A stretch of 64,000 nt of DNA from positions 4,260,831 to 4,324,830 of the forward strand of contig CM082578.2 in assembly GCA_040954595.2 (NCBI GenBank), given 5' to 3'. A program made the position numbers and the translations under genes. Shown in pieces: positions 12,133 through 27,100 of this stretch. The notes beneath the pieces were generated by a model. The model was not told the origin of the DNA, did no database searches, and was given only the letters and a program-made list of their open reading frames with translations. Origin of the DNA: Balanoglossus misakiensis (taxonomy: Eukaryota > Animalia > Hemichordata). Position 1 is the first letter of the stretch; each line of letters begins with the position of its first letter.

Positions 12133-15100
12133 TCAGTTGCTCTTCAGAATGGACTGTAAATCTTCTGGTAGTGTGGAGATGATGTATTCCATGTGAATCT
12201 TCAGTTGTTGAAGCCTCTCAGCTTTGACTGGCAACTGGTTTATTGAAATGCTTGACTGCAAGTAGTCAAAAAAAGAAACGTGTTATTAGTCCACACAGAT
12301 TTCATCCATGGGGACTAGAAATATTTAGGGGTTATTACACGAAGTTTAGCCGATATTGCGTTGTATTCAAGTGCTGTGGCCATATTTTGACGAGTTGCAC
12401 AGCAACGAGGCAAAGTATGGTCACATCACGAGCACTGTGCAGGGTCAGACAATTAGGCTGTTCACATTACTCAAAAAAGGCTAGGACCTTATCCTAGCAA
12501 GGTCCGTGGCCGAGCATAAAAACCCAGGTGTGAACGGGTCTGGCCGACCCTTGTCTGGACAATTTTTGTCCCAGTTGAATGGGATGGTTTGTGGTCGACT
12601 CTGGTCCGACTCTAGTCCCAGCCTGGTGTGTGTGGACACGCTTTGTCCGACTATGGTCCTAGTTGACACCTTTTACAATTGACATAAACAGTGTAGTCTA
12701 TCATTTGTCAATGGTGAAAATCGTATAAACAACCATAAGAGGACCAACATGGTTCTGCTTTATAAGGTCAATGGTTGGCGAGGCGACGTTGGCCAGGACT
12801 GTGCAAATCACAATGTGAACGAGGACTAAAGATAAGCTGATCTTGTCACAATCATCAGGATTAGTTTTGCCCGGCCAAGGGCCTAGATGTGAACCCCCTA
12901 ACTGGTACATAATACTTACCAGCTTATCCCTGAGTCGAAGTATTAAGTCCACAATCTCCACTTCCTGTTTATCTTTGATCCACACCATCAGATCAGCATC
13001 ACATAAAGCTTCCAAGTGTAGCAAGGACAACTTCTGATTCACCTCTTGTTGACGAACTCTCAACCAGCCTTCAAAGTTAGAGGACTTGAAAAACCTCCTG
13101 AAAATTCAGGATTGACAAATGTGACCATGTGGATAGAATGCCGTTATTCATTATGTTTCTGCCAGAATATGTCATATGCTCATGCAATTACAAATCCGGT
13201 CTAGCAAAAAATCCCCATTGGACCAGTGATTACATTCTATGACTAGTCCTCGGTCTACTACTGGAACACGAAACTTAAAGGGACAATTTCTCTCTCTCTC
13301 TCGCTGCCCTTTTCCCATTAATTGTTTGATAGAGGACACCAATTATGTGAATGTACATGTGTATATGTAGTGAATCAATGTTCGACCACACACAACTTCC
13401 ATCCCACTTGCAGACACGAGAGTGAAAAACTTGCCAAAATGAATAATCAGTCTTTATCATTTATTCATTTTGGCGAGATTTTTACTCTCATATCCTACAA
13501 ACAGGATGGAAGTTGTGTGTGGTTGAACGTTGATTCACTATACATCTACATGAATAACATAAACAGTGTCTTGTATCAAACATAATTAATGGAAAAAGGG
13601 CAGCGATAGAGAGACTTTGTCCCTTTAACATTTTTATTACCTTTTCCTGCATTTAATTTCAAGCTAAAACTGCAAATTCGGTCATTTACTCAGCGAGCGA
13701 GCAATCGCTATTCTCACCCAGCACTTGCATTGTGTCCAGTCATGATCACTTCACAAACGGTCAGCACTCAGAGTCTGGCTTTTTGTTATAGACTGCGTTT
13801 CCTATTTACTATTAAACAGGGATTATAGCCTCTAGAGGTGCCACTTTTTGCATTATTTCATAATCAATGCCCAGTTGTGATAGCATATGATAAACAGGTG
13901 CCGCACCGTTATAATCAGCCTCCATACAAACAGTACGCAGCTATCGTGGTATGCGTAGCCATAGAGATGACAAACTGATGCAAATGCAAGTTATATGGCT
14001 CAATGGCGAGGATTTTAGAGGACAGAGATTATATATTTGAAGTATTTTATTGCGGAAAAAATGTGTGAAATTACTATGGCAAACAAAGTACGCCCTCTCC
14101 TTACAACCAAGGGCAATTACATGTATACTCATACATAGTACATTGTCTTGTTATAGATGAGTGTGTTTAAAGGGACAAAGTCTCTCTCTCGCTGCCCTTT
14201 TTCCATTAATTATGTTTGATACAAGACACTGTTTATGTTATTCTACATGTGGATATATTGATAACAGAGAATCAATGTTTGGCCACACACAACTTCTATC
14301 TCGTTTGTAGGGTATGAGAGTAAAAATCTCACCAAAATGAATAAATGGTAAACACCAATTATTCATTTTGGGGAGTTTTTCACTTTCGTGTCTACAAGTG
14401 GGATAGAAGTTGTGTGTGATTGAACGTTGATTCACTATATATCCACATAAAGAATAACATAAACGGTGTCTTGTATCAAACATAATTAGGTGGAAAGGGG
14501 CAACGAGAGAGAGACTTTGTCCTTGTAAGTTCGTGTCAAAACCGACAAAACTTGTACATGAATGATAGGAGTCCAATTCACCAAATGTGAATATAAAGTA
14601 ACTGGGGGTTACGATATCATATCTGGCATATAGGAGCTAAATTTTGATACTCACCATAACACTTGCACCGTCACTAGTTTGATTGAGTTGAGTGATAATA
14701 ACACAAATGAGAGCATTTACCTGTAAAGTCCTACCCAATCACCAGTAAGTCCAGATGTCAACTGAGGACCAGAGTGCTCTAAAGTCTTGACAAATTCATC
14801 GGGATCAAATGGTCTCAGCCTTGGAGGATGCTGACAATTTCATGGATAACAACAACAAAATAGAAAACTGAATGAATAACAACAGAGCAGAGTCAACAAT
14901 TTCAAATAACATAAACAACATATTTAGATTTTTAATTATCATGTTAAAGTGTGAGTTTAGACTGAGGTATAAATTAGATAAGAAAATCTACAATAACAGC
15001 GACAGATCAAATATTTTTGAGAGACTTCTTTCACACATAAAAATTTGAACTCGTTTTTGTTGTGTGTGGGTCTTATTGATTTGTACAGGGTATCCTTTTT

Positions 15101-18100
15101 GACGCACACTTTTGTAGTTATGAAACCTTTTGCAGTCCTATTTTAATAAAAGGACAAACAAACAAACAAACAAATAACGGATTTAGATTGAGCGGCACAA
15201 TACCAGGAGATAAGAAGAATGTATTTTCCTGTCAACTGTAACATTCAAATGGTGGCCAGACGTAAAGGTCAATCTTAGCGTAAAAGGTAATAACATAGTT
15301 TGCGGTATTTTTCAAGCCATGTGTGGTCATTGTATCGGTTACTTATTGATTTAGAGGATCAGTACCTAATGGATTCTTACATGAAAAAGAGAGACTTTGT
15401 CCCATTAAAAAAATTTTTATCACTCGCACTGTTTATGGTATCTATTTTACAATGCAAACTTCTCATGGGATATGCTGCATCCAAAGGACAAAACTCTCAA
15501 CATGAAGACACATGCCAGAATAGACTCTCTCACAGCCCCTCTCGCCCGCCGTCCATGCAGGCTTATGGTCTGATTTAGTCTAGAATCTATCCGTTCGTAG
15601 TCGCATTCACCCTACTACCGTCTAGGACCGCAGAACCAAAATCTAGTAAGGCCATAAAAATGGTAATTTGAATGTGAATAGTCTCCAACTGAGCAATCTG
15701 ACGTCAAGCGTCACCACGTGATCATGATTATGTATCATTCGGGGCGGAGCTACATTGTAAACATAATTAACATTCAACGTCATCACCTCACGGCCAATCA
15801 GTAGTCGGTCAACGTAAGTGATTGACTTCTCTGACGTCAGACTGCTCAGTTGGAGACTATTCACATTCAAATTACCATTTTTATGGCCTTACTAGATTTT
15901 GATTCTGCGGTCCGAGACGGTAGTAGGGTGAATGCGACTACGAACGGATAGATTCTAGACTAGGTCTGATTGCACGTGTGCCCGGTGAGAGGTTCACTGC
16001 ACAACACCATATAGGGCTTCTCCTTTGCTAAACGGTTGAGGGCGCATCAGTGAAGAGCCTTGTAGCGAACCGTGGGCTGTGAGAGAGTTTAATGCCAGAC
16101 ATACTCCATTAGGAACGGTGATTTTCTCAATTCTCTCTGTGATTGGCTGTTGCTTGAGAATGCCTGCACACAACACACTAGTAGGCTAAAACAAGGTAAA
16201 TATTGAGACTCTAATGAGATTCACTACAATTTGATAATCCTTAGAGACTAGCATAACAAACTTAAAGGTATACGGTCACCTCCAATTTGCATATCGCCAC
16301 ATATAGTTGAAATGGCGTATTTGAGTGTTCTAAAGAACCTATGGTGGCGCTCTTTTTTTCGCGTATGCCACCCACTGAAAATCTGTGACTGGTTAGATCC
16401 CAATTTACCATGGTAACTGTAGGTAAATTTGCATAGATGACCGTATACCTTTAAAAGCAACTGGGCAAGGGAATTATGAGGGGATTTGAGCCCGAAAATG
16501 GCAAATATGGACAGTGGAGAGATAAACAGAGCAGTAGGCAGGCACAGATGCATGCTTGTTGCTCTTCCAGCCAATAATGAACATCTATTGTGATAAACAT
16601 ATATGGCAAAAAGTGAGTTAAAGATTTGGCAGGTGATATAATGACACTCACTTTCCATGGTGATATATTCCTTTGTAATGGCATCAAACTGGCAACATAT
16701 CTCTCTAATGGAATGATAAAGCTTTGTGTGAGTTCTAGTAAGTGTCTTCTCAGCATGGCATCCTGTACTTCTACTGGCCTCTTGTTCTGGATACCCTAAA
16801 CAACAAGAAAATACACAATGGCATCAGTGACAATCCCATCATGACAAGAACATACAGTACATGTACCGGTATTTGGACATTTCTCATGGCAGGTCATTTT
16901 CATACTTGGCACTATCAGTGGCTATGTTCACACATAAATTCTGGTTGCCATAGGTTTTCACTTTGCGCTAGGGGGTCAAATCCCATTGCATTCTGGGCGG
17001 AAAGTCGACAACTCACTGTAGTAAGAGATAGAAGAAATGATATGTTTACTGTATATCATGACTTCCTTTGGTCAAACATGTCTGTCTTTGTAGTTAGCAT
17101 ATTAAACTCATCAAACTTTTTTCACAGTTGTTATTTTTTCTGATAAAAAGTTTCAAAATGACCCATCATCACTTGAGCTTATGAACTCCCATTTCTTAAA
17201 CATGGCAAAAATCTGCCATCTTGAAATCGTGTCGACCATATGAGATTTTCATCACTCACTTAGGTAGCTTAAAACCTATTTAAGGTGAGAATTATGTGCA
17301 CATTGGACGCACAGTTTAGCATTCATGGTGTAACACATGTATTTATTTGACTTGAGTGCATAGGGACACAGCATCAGAGCATGCTCAACATGTATATGCA
17401 CGGTAGCTAAGGACAGTAATGCCACACATGATAAGAGCTCCCAAACTAAATAAAGGGTTTGTGCATACAGTAGCTAGATTATACATGCAAGAAATTTCTG
17501 TCCATATAAAGTTGCTAGACATTAGTTTCACCAACTCGTGGCTGCTGGGAGGGTGAGATTAACAGAATATCACACTCTCAAGGACTTGGAATCAGATTTC
17601 TCACATACATTGGGGATATTTTGTCTGTGACTCCAGTGAAACCAATACAATCTCACACACCAAGGACCTGGGTTATAATCCTCACTCACTGAGGATATTT
17701 TGTCCTGCACTCGTAGCACAACAAATATTGTGTGCTAAATCTAATCCCATGTCTTTGGTGGTGTGGGATTCTATTTATACTCGGCTAGTATTTGCAAGCT
17801 TGCGTATGTTAATGAAGTTTGAATCTGAAAATAACACATTCCATCCTAGACTCTCTCACAGCCCACGGTTCACTACAAGGCCCTTCACTGACGCGCCCTC
17901 AACCGTAGGAGAAGCCCCAAATTGTGTTGTGTAGCGAACCTCTCGCCGGGCACACATGCAATCAGACCATAACTTAGTCTGCATGGATGGCGAGAGGGGG
18001 CTGTGAGAGAGTCTAATTGCATGCAAAATTATCATATAAAGGCATGCTGCGCAAAATTGATGCACCAATAATTGAACACAAGGACTTGGTTTTAAAAAGC

Positions 18101-21100
18101 TGAGAAAAACATGAATTGCATGTAAACTCTTACCTTCTGCAACCTTTTCAGGGTTGATTTGTCTTTATTTAGATACGCTTTGTACCTCGTGTATACCCCT
18201 ACAGTGAGAGAAATTGAAAAGTATAAGAAAAATAAGCTTTGCTCCAAGGTTTTTAATGAATGGACATGATTGAAGATAGGGTAGAGGCAAGTACTGCGGT
18301 GAAATAAGGCATTGTCGATGGGAATTTGTGTTAGCAAGACCAGAAGTATATAAAAATGCAATCTTAAAGATAAGGTGAAGGCAAAGTGCTATGGTGAAAG
18401 GCATGGCGGATGGGTATTTTGTGTTAATAGCACGACAATTATTAAACAATAATGCAATGCAAGCCCACCTGGTTTGGATTCTAGTGTTTTTATGTTACTA
18501 GATCTCTTTTTCTTCCATGAACTTTTCTCTACAATGGGACAAATGAGAGACGCATCTTAGAAGGTGTATTAAGACATTGTTAAAATGATGCTTGTATCAT
18601 GCAAACATATCACTGGTTTACACATTCTCTTAAGGTAGCTTATTTTCAATTACAAATTTCCTCAGAATTCACGTGAAACTTATATATGACAAGATGTGTA
18701 TTTTTACAATATTAAAGAAGTATTACAAATGAAATATTTGGAAATATATCTTGATATTAGGAGGTTATCGTCTGATGTCACCTCTTGGTTGGGCTGTATT
18801 AGTGAGAGTGTGGGAGTGGGCCTCATCACATGATGTCGAGTCGACTGTGACGCAGCTCACTACCACGAGATGGAAAGTTAATAAGCTTGAAGTCAACACT
18901 ATTACAAAACAGTCCCTCAAGAAAGACGGTCGGAAAACTCCTGGGTCCCTAAATGTTATGATGGGCATTATAGTTTGCTTGAAGGTTAAATGTTTATTGG
19001 ATGTTTACTCAGTTAATCCAATTAACTCCATTGGAGCAGACATGAAGCTGTTTGTATCAGATTAGCATATGTAGTTTTTTCAAGAATGCATCATAACTTA
19101 TTGATGCACATATGTGCAAAAATTCTGTGTACTGTTAATGTTATTGTGGCAGAAATGTCATTTATGATAAAGTCCCTCCACCAACACGTTGACGCTAACC
19201 CTGCCCTTATCGATCAGAATGTGAACTGGGAACGCATTATGGAAAGTGACCACAGCTGACTGCATTTGTAGGGCTTCCTTTCTGTTCATCGGCGATCAAC
19301 CCAGCTCCAAAAGCAACATGGAATTTTCATACAATATTCTCACTAACATCAATCACTGTGGCAAAATAACAGTGATCCAGCACATGGTGTTTATACCATG
19401 CATCTTAACTAGAAGATTGACAATGGCTATCAAATTTGAAAAAAAAATGCATTTTTAAGGGTACAAAGATGAAACACTTGAAGTTGAAGCATAAGAAACA
19501 CACACTTAAGACACTGCCATCTTAGAAAGCCCTTGCTCGCTCGATAGTAAAGTGATGGCCGCTTGCTTCATAGGAAAAAAAACACAACTCTAAGATGTTC
19601 ACGTGACCATAATGCGCATCCCACAGCTAATTCGCCCATTCACACGTCAAACAATAGGGGATAACAACCGCCTTTCTTGAGGGACTGTGTACGAAATAAA
19701 GCAGAGGCCTTTAATTTTATTGTTTACGAGTCTCATATCTGTGAAATGTTTGATGCCGACAATTATTAATGGGACAAAGTCTCTCTCTTGCTGCCTTTTT
19801 TCCATTAATTATGTTTGATACAAGACACAGTTTTTGTTATTCCACATGTGGATATATAGTGAATCAACGTTCGACCACACACAACTTCCATCCAGTTTGT
19901 AGGATATGAGTAAAAATCTCACCAAAATGAATAAACGGTAAACACCGATTATTGATTTTGGTGAGTTTTTCACTCTCGTGTCTACATGTGAGATGGAAGT
20001 TATATCCACATGTAGAATAACAAAAACGGTATCTTGTATCAAACATAATTGAGAGAAAGGGGCCAGCAAGACAGAGACTTTGTCCCTTTAATTCTCCATT
20101 TTGAGAGCAAAATGGCAATTTTCATTCTTTTATTTCACCCAACCATTGACAAGCTTGTTTGAAGTCCTGCTGTCAATATTTCTTAAACTTCACTTACCTA
20201 TAGGACCCATTTCTCCTATTCTAATGATATGTGGCCAATGTTGAAGCGTTTTAGCAAAAAAGGGGTTTGTAACTCCAAGTACAACTGCTGGGCTGTAAAG
20301 ACAAAATATACATTCAAGGGATCAGTCTTAAAAGTTAGTGCTTCTTGACATGGTACACATTATCACCTGAATATGAGTTCCCCGCTGGCTTTGACTAACA
20401 AACAAACACTGAAAATTTGATTGCAGAAAAAGGCTGGGCATGCTGGATTAAGGTGGCATTGCATAAAAAGTTGTGATTTTTGCCAAATTTTACTTTTTTA
20501 CATAAATCGGTAGGCCTAATACTGACCCACACCCTGACTAATACGTCTTGGCGGAAATGGTGCATAATCACCCCAAAATAGCACTTTTCCGGGGATCAAT
20601 AATATTTGCAACTCAAACAAAAGTTCAAAATCTCAGCTTCCAGAATATATATGGTTTATGGGGGTTTTAACTTTGTCTTTGATGAGAAATAGGCCTCTGA
20701 AAAAGTCTCGACGGTTTCATGCAATGCCACCTTAAAAGGACAAAGTCTCTCTCTCAGCTGCCCTTTTTCCATTAATTATGTTTGATACAAGACACCGTTT
20801 ATGCTATTCTACATGTGGATAGATAGTGAATCAACGTTCAACCACACACACCTCCCATCCCGTTTGTAGGATATGAGAGTAAAAAACTTGCCAAAACGAA
20901 TAAATGGTAGAGACCAGTTATTCATTTTGGCGAGTTTTTTCACTCTCGTGCCTACAAATGGGCTGGAAGTTGTGTGTGGTTGAACGTTAATTCATAATAT
21001 GTCCACATGTAGAATAGCATAAACGGTGTCTGGTTTCAAACATAATTAATGGAAAAAGGGCTGCGAGAGAAAGACTTTGTCCCTTTAATACACACATTTC

Positions 21101-24100
21101 AAGTTATGTGAGATATACATGTACTAATATTCTGGGTGTTATTCCTGGTGCAACGGTACAAGTTAAGGTTACTTTGAAATGCAGTCTCTGGGTAGAAGCA
21201 ACACACATCAGTGCTTGATAAGCACAAAGATTTGACAATTCCAGTACTGCCTGTAACAAAGACATTGTTTCTATTCAAAATCAAGACTTCTGCTTTCTTT
21301 TTATTATCTATAAAACTCTCGATTATAGAAAAGATGCCAGTATGTGATATCTGTTCTTGCTGCAGGGTCATCAGGTCATGGATGTCAGTTGACCACTTGT
21401 GCATGTAATGAGCAACTACATGATTGGATATTTACAGGTCATATACAGAGAGGTTATGAAGCTCTGTCATACTGAACACCTATTGCCTGGCCCTACGGCC
21501 TCGGGAAATAGCATGTGATTCTGGTAACTCACAGCCCCTCGGGTGTAATAAACGGCTGCTATGGCCCAATATAGGCCAGGCCATAGGTGTTTTATAATAA
21601 ACCTCATGCTAACAGTTGGGAAAATCTTGCAATTTTCTCTTGAGGTTGGCAGACGACATCTTCAGCAGTGGCAATTGTGTCAGACGACGCGACGCTGATT
21701 GACGTGACCACGTTGGTCACGTGACCGGTTTATTAGGGGACCAAGCGCCCTCAGGCGCTTGGTCCCCTTCTGTTATTGCTGGAGTTTTTCTTCTTTCTTC
21801 TTGAGTCGTTTTTTTGCTCCCGTTTTTCTCAAAATCGACGTGGCCTAGGACCTTGAAATTTGGCACGATGGTTGGGGCCCATGAGTACAGGTGCACCTGC
21901 CCTTTGAATTTGTAATTAGTCACGTGACTTGGTGGCTATAATCGAGCGAAATTTTCAAATTGACCTAATTTGCACGTTAATGGGGGCATGTACATTCTTT
22001 TCGCGATTTTTGTAGACCATGTGGCCAAAATCCCCTGTGCCAAATTTCAAGGTCCTAGGCCACGTCGATTTTGAGAAGAAGATTTTTGTAATATTTTTCG
22101 CATTTTTTGGTGGACACTGGGGCATCGGACTTTGACCGTCATTACATAATGTTGTGGAGATCTCATTAGCAGGCTACTCACTTCTGGCGGGTTGCAGTAG
22201 TCCTTGGAAAATCGGCTGAAATACATAAACTGACCAGTGATTATTTTCCACGGAATGAATTTTGGGACAACACATTATCGGAGTTCAGGCTGTGTTAGGG
22301 CGTTTATTGAATTACGCTGAGTTTGTTAGCTAATGCTGTTCAAATGTTTCTATCCAGACCCGGCTACACTGGTTAACATTCAATGTAATGCGGCGGCGGA
22401 CTTTGACCCTCAGTCGCTAATGTGGCCGAAATACGTCAGCAGACCAGTGATTTTCTTGCACGTAGGGAGTATGGTACCAGCAATAATCAGAGATCAGGCT
22501 TCTTTGCCGTTCAACAGTTCCTACTTCAGTCGTGACGTTGCAACTGAACGTTCAGTATGGGGTTCGGCCCGCAGGTGGCCGTGGGGGTTATCAGGTCTTC
22601 ATGCAGCTGTATGGGACCAAAATAATACGCCCGATTCGGGGGTCACCTGTGACACCTGTGTAACTCAATGATGTGCATGCGTAATTGTGGAGTCAATGAA
22701 AGGGATGCTAGCGTGGTATTTGTTGCACATGGATCAATTTGAAGTCCGATTTTCCTGTCAAGTTATGGGCGACCTTATGTGACATTTCACCTACTTTTGC
22801 TTAGTTAGCATCCACAGCAGATGCATGCAGCTTTGGCGTTGGGGGGGGGGGGTCGGCATATACGGATGGGGCCATAATGATATACCAAAGGCGGGGTCCC
22901 CTGTTGCACCTGCCTAAGTCATTGATTTTGTACATTTAATTGGACACTAACCAACAGGGCAATATGTGTGGTTTTTGTTCCACAGGGACGAATGTAAGTG
23001 TCAGTTTGTTTTTGCCCAAATGTATAAGTTGATTTGGATGACCTCTGTCGTACAGTGCCATATCTCAGCCCGTTGTACAGGTGCAGCTTTGTTATTTGGA
23101 GGGATGAAACTATCATGAAATGTCAAATACAGGGGGATACCTGCGACACCTGCTTTATTCATGTATTACGTGCATACCTAATGGTAGGCAAAGTGAAAAG
23201 GCTGCAAATGTAGGATTTGTTGCACATGACATAAACAGGAATGAACATTTTTTGTCAAATTTTTGGGTGACCTCAGGTGTCCATTGACCTTTCAATATGT
23301 TAGCACGCACATCATATATAGCCAGGTGTTTGGAGGGGTAGGGTAGGACACGCTGCGTCATGAAATGCTAAATTCCTGGGGCCACCTGTAACTTACTCGC
23401 GTAACTCATTATTATGGCCATATCTAATTTGACAAACCCAAACAGCGAGGATTTTCCGTTGTCTTGAATATGAACCAAATAAGAATCCTAATTTTTGGCC
23501 CAATTTTTGGGTACCCTCAGCTGACCTTTGAAGTATACTAACTGAAGTACTTACAACGTAGAAGTTCACCTTTGGTTGTTGTGTTTGTACTTGTAAGACA
23601 TCCATTTCGGGTGGTTGCCTACTTCCCCATATCTCTATATCCAGAGCAAATACAGCCTACGCATTTGAATGGTACAACCCTGAATGGAGTCTAATGGTTA
23701 TTAACTCTATGCTTGGGCCCCTTCAACGCTGCTTGCAGCTTTAATATTTTTTCTGCTATTTCCCTAGGGATTCATAGTCGATTCTATTTTCCTATCACGT
23801 GACAGATTCTGGCGAATCACGACACAGTATTAGCATGAGGTATATTATACTATTTTCTATTCTAACGACTTTGAAGAAAAGAGGTAAATATTGAAACAAA
23901 AAGTTCACACACTAACTAATCGTGCACAGCTAAGCATATACTGTAAAACATGTTATTTTCGCGAGTTGAAATTTTTGCAATATCGAGAGAGGCCACTGTT
24001 ACGCGAGTATTAATTTTTTGGGTTTGACAATGTAGTACATCACACATTGTGTTTTCACAACTATATTTACGCGAGTCTTTATTTTCGCGTTGTTTTGGGT

Positions 24101-27100
24101 CTTGCGTATTTTGCGTAAATTTATTGCTCGCGAAAAAAACATGTTTTACAGTATTGAAATGGAAGAATTCTGCTGGAAGTGATAGGCTGACTTTAGACTG
24201 TAAAATACACAAAATATTAATTTTTTACATGAAAAGGTTAAAGTATACTTACGGGGCTTGTGTTCTTGTGGTGTATTCTTTAAACTCACTATCATGTATT
24301 GTAAAATAAGGTCTGTAATCTGATGTGTATTTCAATGGTGATATCATGCTGACCAAGGCCTGCACTGTGTCTGAACAAATTGTAGGTGAAGACGCCATCA
24401 CTACAATTGGCTGCAAAAGACAAACATGCATACATAGTATAAGACTGAATGAAAGTAAACATAATTAAGTTACCAGGTTCACACAGGGTAAAATTAGAGA
24501 CACTATTTCCCGTCTCAAATCTAAGCCGTTTCACAACCACTATACACCGTTCACACGTGGGTTTTAAGACGGTATCTGATCTGAGAAGCTTCAGAACAGT
24601 CTTAATGGTGTGTGTGTGTGTGTGTGTGTGTGACCCCCATTCATGTTACAAAAGATAGCATCAGAATTGAACAACTTTGGACAATCGCATACAATTTGAA
24701 GAAAGAAGTTCGGATAGTTTTTAAACTCACAATTAGAGGATTAGCTTCTTTCCCATCAGTTCTTTACTTTTCTTTTCTTTTATGACAAGTTATTTATAAA
24801 CTTGAAAATACCATGCATTTGATTTTTGTCCATGACATTAATACATACATTCTATAGGATAAAACAGTTTAAGGGATTGTCAACTTGAACATAATGAAAT
24901 CAGTCACTACAAGTACACATAGTAATCGAATAGCCCACCTCATTTGTTAGGATGAGTTCCCATAGTAACTGTATATGTGGTAAAACTGGCTGGAAACATC
25001 TAAATACATCAACTTCATTAATTGACGGTATGATGATAGGGGGCGCACTTCCCGGTGACTGTTGAAAACATTATACAGAAGAAAATCACAAGAAAATCAT
25101 CAAGTTATTTTGTCATACTTGCTCTTGTGCTGTATTATCTATCTATCTATTTTTATTGCCAAAGTGTTCCTGTAAATTTCATCTGAATGTGTATCCTTAA
25201 GTGTTTTTGGCTCATTGTTTGAGTGCAATGACTCCGAGTCTGAATGTAGTCCAAATGTTTTTTTCTTCTTTGAACATGAATAATGTCACTCTAAAGATGA
25301 CTCCATGACAACCATATTGATTTGTATCGCACAACAAATGTGACATGCATCTTCCCTCTATATTATCTAATCCTTCTACCGAGTTTGGTATAAATTAGTC
25401 CAGGCATCTCTGAGAAATGGTTACGGATGGACAGAAAGATGCATGGAAAGACGCTGCTGATTGTATAAGTCCCCTTCGGAAACTAACACTTAGCAAAACT
25501 ATTTCTGAACAACAGAATATACATAAATCTTCAATCCAAATGAGTACTGTATCACTCTTTAATAGAGCACTCAGTGTTCTCCCCAGAGCAATAAACACAT
25601 AGTGGCCACCACTCTTTAATTTTGAGAAAACAATAGAACTTTATTCACATAGTTTACACTGTTATGCAAATTAGCCACTACACTATCAGAACTTCTTGGA
25701 GAGAACTCTTGAACTGCATATGAATCTTGAAAACTCACCAGCAGTGCCTTTTTCATCTGTGACTGTGATGCTGATTTCTCTTGTTTGGCAGGTATTCTGA
25801 CTTGTAAAACCACACCCATTATCGGTAAATGTAATGTTTCTCCAGGATACGGTGAAGGCCACTGGTCAATATCGTGACAAGCTGATGAAGACACAGATAT
25901 ATGATCTCATTATGTTTAGCTTTCAGGACAGAAATGTTAAAGGTGTACGGTCACCTATGCAAATTTAGCCACAGTTACCACATGGCAAATTGAGGTCTAA
26001 CCAATCAAATTGATGAAATAAAGAATGAAACGTGAGGAAAGAATGTGGTTGGTTTCAGTGGGTGGCACACACACAAAAAAGGCGCCACCATATGTTCTTT
26101 ATAACATTCAAATACGCTAACTTTGCTGTATATGGGCGTATGTAGATTGGTGTGACCTCACACCTATAAATAAAACTTGCATCTTGGACTACGCTTGTCA
26201 CTACTAGCATTATAAGAACACATAGCAGCTTTCAAAAGAGTACTTAAGACAAATAATGATACATGCAATACAGTTAATACCGGGAAATTGCTTAAAGAAC
26301 AGTAAAAATAAGAATGAAATGTAAGGAAAGAATATCGTTTGTTTTAATTTGATTGATGTCACTCGTTGGTATTGACCTACATGTACATATACAGTACGAC
26401 ATTCATATTATGTATGAACTTACCTGCTTCCAAGCAAGGCTCGCCATTATCAAAATATTCGGGAGCTACTATTTCAATCAACTGAGTAAATAAATTGATA
26501 TATGGTACCTTTGTAACCAACACAACTGACTGAAAAATAGAAAAAGAAAATGAAATGTTACAAAGCTATTTGTGATGTCATTCAGGTGTTTGCCACAGAA
26601 ATGAAAATTTCAAGCAATAACTACTTTCCTGGTTGGTTTCATTATCACTAACAAACATAAGCAGTGATTTTGCGCAGTCACAAAAATAGAGTTCAATGAA
26701 AAATACAAAATCTTCCCCATCCTTAAATTTTGTTACAATTAACTTTGTACATTTATTCTGTATAGCTCCACTGACACACCCAGGGCTTTTGCTACCCGAT
26801 CACCAACTTGCCAAAACGACAAAAAATTTTTAAAAAGCGACTAAAAATTTAATTTGGCAATGTAGTTGGCCAAGGAACATATTTTCCCCCAAAACAATCA
26901 TTTTGAACCATCAAACCAACATATTTTCCCAAAAAAACAATAGTTTCAAATCTTCAAACCATCTTTCCAAATAACTGCAGTCCGACGTGAAGGCGGATTT
27001 GCTCAATGTCAGCGTCTCAACAAAACTTTTTTTGACAGGTACCGACACATGCGCTTTTAGTGAGAGCACTCAGCAGAGACCAAATGCTTCTGATGGGCCC

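Noticed and set aside
13275-14576. Recurring short ORFs with [14 protein letters not shown] / FIHFGEIF (also at 7619, 19809, 29557)
   Set aside because: Chance translations of palindromic MITE family A, not a protein family.
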